This document shows, piece after piece, positions 61,527 to 64,000 of a DNA stretch of 64,000 nt; the first letter of the stretch is position 1, and every line of letters begins with the position of its first letter. The stretch is taken from contig CAVVXT010000012.1 of assembly GCA_963752255.1 (NCBI GenBank), positions 32,001 to 96,000 of the forward strand, given 5' to 3'. The notes beneath the pieces were generated by a model. That model was not told where the DNA came from. It ran no database searches and was given only the letters and a program-made list of their open reading frames with translations. Made by a program: the position numbers and the translations under genes. The DNA is from Nitrososphaeria archaeon (lineage in GTDB: Archaea; Thermoproteota; Nitrososphaeria; JACIWG01).

Positions 61527-61801
61527 ATTTGTTCTTATGCTTTATATATTTTTGACTTATTAAATATTCTGTAAGAAAATTGGAGCTCTTATTTTTCATT
61601 TTCATTCGTATAACACGACTTGCACAGGTGTTTTTCTATTGTCAGATCTTCTTTAAAAGCTCCTTAAGAGAACTTAACACTAGGTTGCTGAAGTCTTTTT
61701 TTCCTGAACCTTATATTTAATTTCACCTCGAAGCATCATAGCTGAAGACAAGCCCAGTTCGTTCGATAAGCACCAGCCAAATTAAACAAAGAGTATTGAG
61801 A

Positions 61802-61984
61802 TTAGAGACAGGAATGAAAGATAGTCTCAGAACCTGTTATGTATATTTCCCTTTGTACTTTTTTTAAAATATCTTCAGCTATTGCCTTCACTTTCTCACT
61901 ATTCTCGTCATAAGTTTTGTTTTGTGCTTCCGGCTCTTCAAGTATCTCAATTAACAGACTATGGCCAAATGCGTTTCCTATCAT
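61802..61984 (-). pseudogene. Truncated SIS-domain (GlmS-like) gene
   Basis: HSLLIEILEEPEA...IYITGSETIFHSCL resembles GlmS HxMLKEIxEQP...GxGTSYHA. It overlaps the glmU stop and terminates early. Confidence 0.55.
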
Positions 61985-63276
61985 CTTTTTTCCATCCTCT
62001 CTTTTTCTTTATCCACCTTTCCTTCGTTGAATTCCTGTTTTAGATAGACCTTTGAATTAGGCGCCGTATCATTGTATAGAATAACCCCTGGACCGACGAT
62101 ACTGCTTGAGCCTATCTTAACCCCGGGCATTAACATGGCTCCAACTCCAATATATGACCCCTCACCCATCATTGCCCCTAGCTTCATTCTTCCAGTATCC
62201 TGTAGGATGCTGTTAACGGAGACCTTTATCGTTTTTTTATCAAACCTAAGGTTTGCGGTTAACGTTCTGTCACCAAGAAGACAACTATCAGCTATTACGC
62301 TGTCTCCGATGTAGTTTGAGTGGAAAAAACATTCGTTCCCGATGTATGATCTGGTTATCTCTGTTGAAAATCCGATTGTACAGCCACTTCCTATGTGTAC
62401 GTGATCTCTTACAAGTGAACAGTTTCCTATAGTCGTTTTTGGCCCTATATAACACGGTCCCTTGATTATTGCACCTTCTAAGATTTGAACCCCATCTGAA
62501 ATGAAGACGTTTCCATTCACGGTAGCCTTTTTCGATATGTGAGCTGAACCGGATATCTTGGAAACCTTTAAACTATTTAGAAAATATTCCGCAGCCTCAA
62601 GAATATGCCATGGATACTTGATGGCGATCCATGGGCCGTCATATTCTAAAACCTTCACTTTATAGCCCTTTTTTATAAGGCTGGTAAACGCACTTTCGTA
62701 AATATCGTCATCTGCGCTCTTCGTCTTTTCAATTTGATTAAGAAGTTTTTTTGGATCCCTGTGAAAGTGAACCACTATGTTGACGAGATTACTTGGCTCG
62801 TTGCCCGGTCCTGGTTTTTCTGAGATACTTAGAAGTTCGTGCTTGGAGTTGACAACCAAATATCCGCCTGGAAAATATGAGTCGACTCTATGAGCTACAA
62901 TAGATGAATCATATCCATTGCTCTCAGCTTCTATGATATTGTGGTATAAAGAAGAAGAAAAAATATCGTTGGGATTAACCACTAAAATTTCGTCGTTCAA
63001 GATAGCGTCTTTAGCTTTCATAAGCGCGTCAGCCATTCCAAAAGGGCCGTCTTGGACGAAGAAAACGGCTTTAACTTTGATTCTTGAGAATATGGACTTA
63101 ATCTTTTTAATGTTAGAAGAATTGCCTACGATCACGAAATCATTTAAACCGATCTTTCTAGCCTGTTCTATATGATGTTCAAGCAAAGGCTTACCCAAGA
63201 AGTCAAGTAAACACTTGTCCTTCTTTATCGGAAACATCCTTTTACCTACTCCACCACATAAGAATATAATCTTCAT
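61981..63276 (-). CDS. glmU: Bifunctional sugar-1-phosphate nucleotidylyltransferase/acetyltransferase (archaeal GlmU-like)
   Basis: LCGGVGKRMFP..K, EKP, YPWHIL, hexapeptide repeats, ANLRFD, KLGA. Confidence 0.88.
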   Translation of the reverse strand: MKIIFLCGGVGKRMFPIKKDKCLLDFLGKPLLEHHIEQARKIGLNDFVIVGNSSNIKKIKSIFSRIKVKAVFFVQDGPFGMADALMKAKDAILNDEILVVNPNDIFSSSLYHNIIEAESNGYDSSIVAHRVDSYFPGGYLVVNSKHELLSISEKPGPGNEPSNLVNIVVHFHRDPKKLLNQIEKTKSADDDIYESAFTSLIKKGYKVKVLEYDGPWIAIKYPWHILEAAEYFLNSLKVSKISGSAHISKKATVNGNVFISDGVQILEGAIIKGPCYIGPKTTIGNCSLVRDHVHIGSGCTIGFSTEITRSYIGNECFFHSNYIGDSVIADSCLLGDRTLTANLRFDKKTIKVSVNSILQDTGRMKLGAMMGEGSYIGVGAMLMPGVKIGSSSIVGPGVILYNDTAPNSKVYLKQEFNEGKVDKEKERMEKR

Positions 63277-63434
63277 TCCACCATTCTTCCTTCTAACAAT
63301 TACGTCATCTCTGGCTATTTAGTGTTTTCCAGCTGATATGATTTATGAAAAAATGGTATTCTACAATAGACAATAAGTGCGTCCATAACATACTTTAAAT
63401 ATAGCCAACTAGCGTAATTAAATTAGTGTTGGAT

Positions 63435-64000
63435 TTGAAAGCTGTTGGAAAAACTAGGCAAGAACGCTGGAATAGAAATTTTTGAAATAGAAGAGCCTAA
63501 ACTAGCTTCGGGTGACGTTTTAGTTGAAGTTAAAGCGACCGCAATCTGTGGCACAGACCTTCATTATTATCATTGGGACGGCTATGCTGAGAGGCACAAC
63601 CCAGGTTTCCCGAGGGTTCTTGGACATGAATTCTGCGGTGACGTCGTCAAAGTTGGAGAAGATGTTAAGTCTCTGAAGGTTGGGGATAGAGTCGCTGCCG
63701 AGACACATATACCCTGTGGTACTTGTTACTTCTGTAGAACAGGCAAGATGCACATATGTAAAAACATGAAGATATTTGGTGTAGACACTTTATATGGATC
63801 TTTCGCATTACACACAGTCTTACCTGAAATAATAGCTGTCAAGGTCCCGGACGGTATCAGTTACGAGGAAGGAGCTGTCTTAGAGCCTTTGGGGGTCGCT
63901 CTTCATGCAATCACAAAGGCTAATATCAAACCCGGAGACTCGGTTGTTATCACAGGATGTGGCCCAATAGGCTTATTTGCGCAACAGCTCGCCAAGGTTG
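63435..64000 (+). CDS. tdh: Zn-dependent dehydrogenase, L-threonine 3-dehydrogenase-like (partial; +1 frameshift near 63457)
   Basis: My translation: ICGTDLH, LGHEFCG, ETHIPCGTCYFCRTGKMHIC, KIFGVD, EPLGVA, ITGCGPIG. Confidence 0.8.

Noticed and set aside
209-63753. Numerous antisense or nested ORFs in the track (e.g. 2767..3117, 5254..5625, 43449..43907, 47605..48069, 63520..63753)
   Set aside because: They are shadows of well-supported genes on the opposite strand or frame and have no motifs of their own.

Overview
Archaeal chromosomal segment, probably TACK/Thermoproteota (inferred from a PolB1-type polymerase, an archaeal AsnA, DUF1616 proteins and TATA-led genes). I found no rRNA, tRNA, CRISPR array or transposase. 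1-28.9 kb is almost entirely minus-strand cell-surface glycosylation genes: GT4/GT2 glycosyltransferases, a flippase, three SAM methyltransferases, WecB, two NAD epimerases, a ~970-aa GT-C-like membrane protein and a DUF1616/CPBP membrane module. They fall in two runs, each headed by a paralog of the same uncharacterised basic ~140-aa protein. 29-47 kb is accessory: two paralogous secreted proteins, EamA transporters, homocitrate synthase, aquaporin, an Lrp/asnA divergon, a beta-propeller surface protein, MFS and USP. 47-53 kb has lysC-asd, thrC and thrB. 53-58 kb has AlkA, a PIN-like protein and a decayed PAS/histidine kinase. 58-64 kb has a PolB1-like polymerase lacking its whole proofreading domain, a DSD1-family PLP enzyme, GlmU and a partial Tdh-like dehydrogenase. 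About 20 genes are split by single-base indels, most likely long-read consensus errors, and many of these lie beside CTAG. The most notable items are the exonuclease-less PolB1 paralog, degenerate direct repeats flanking a ~27.6 kb glycan/surface block, the paralogous operon-leader proteins, and a shared (V/I)GGEL-TM-basic C-terminal sorting-like signal. All calls come from motif recognition by eye; no database searches were run.
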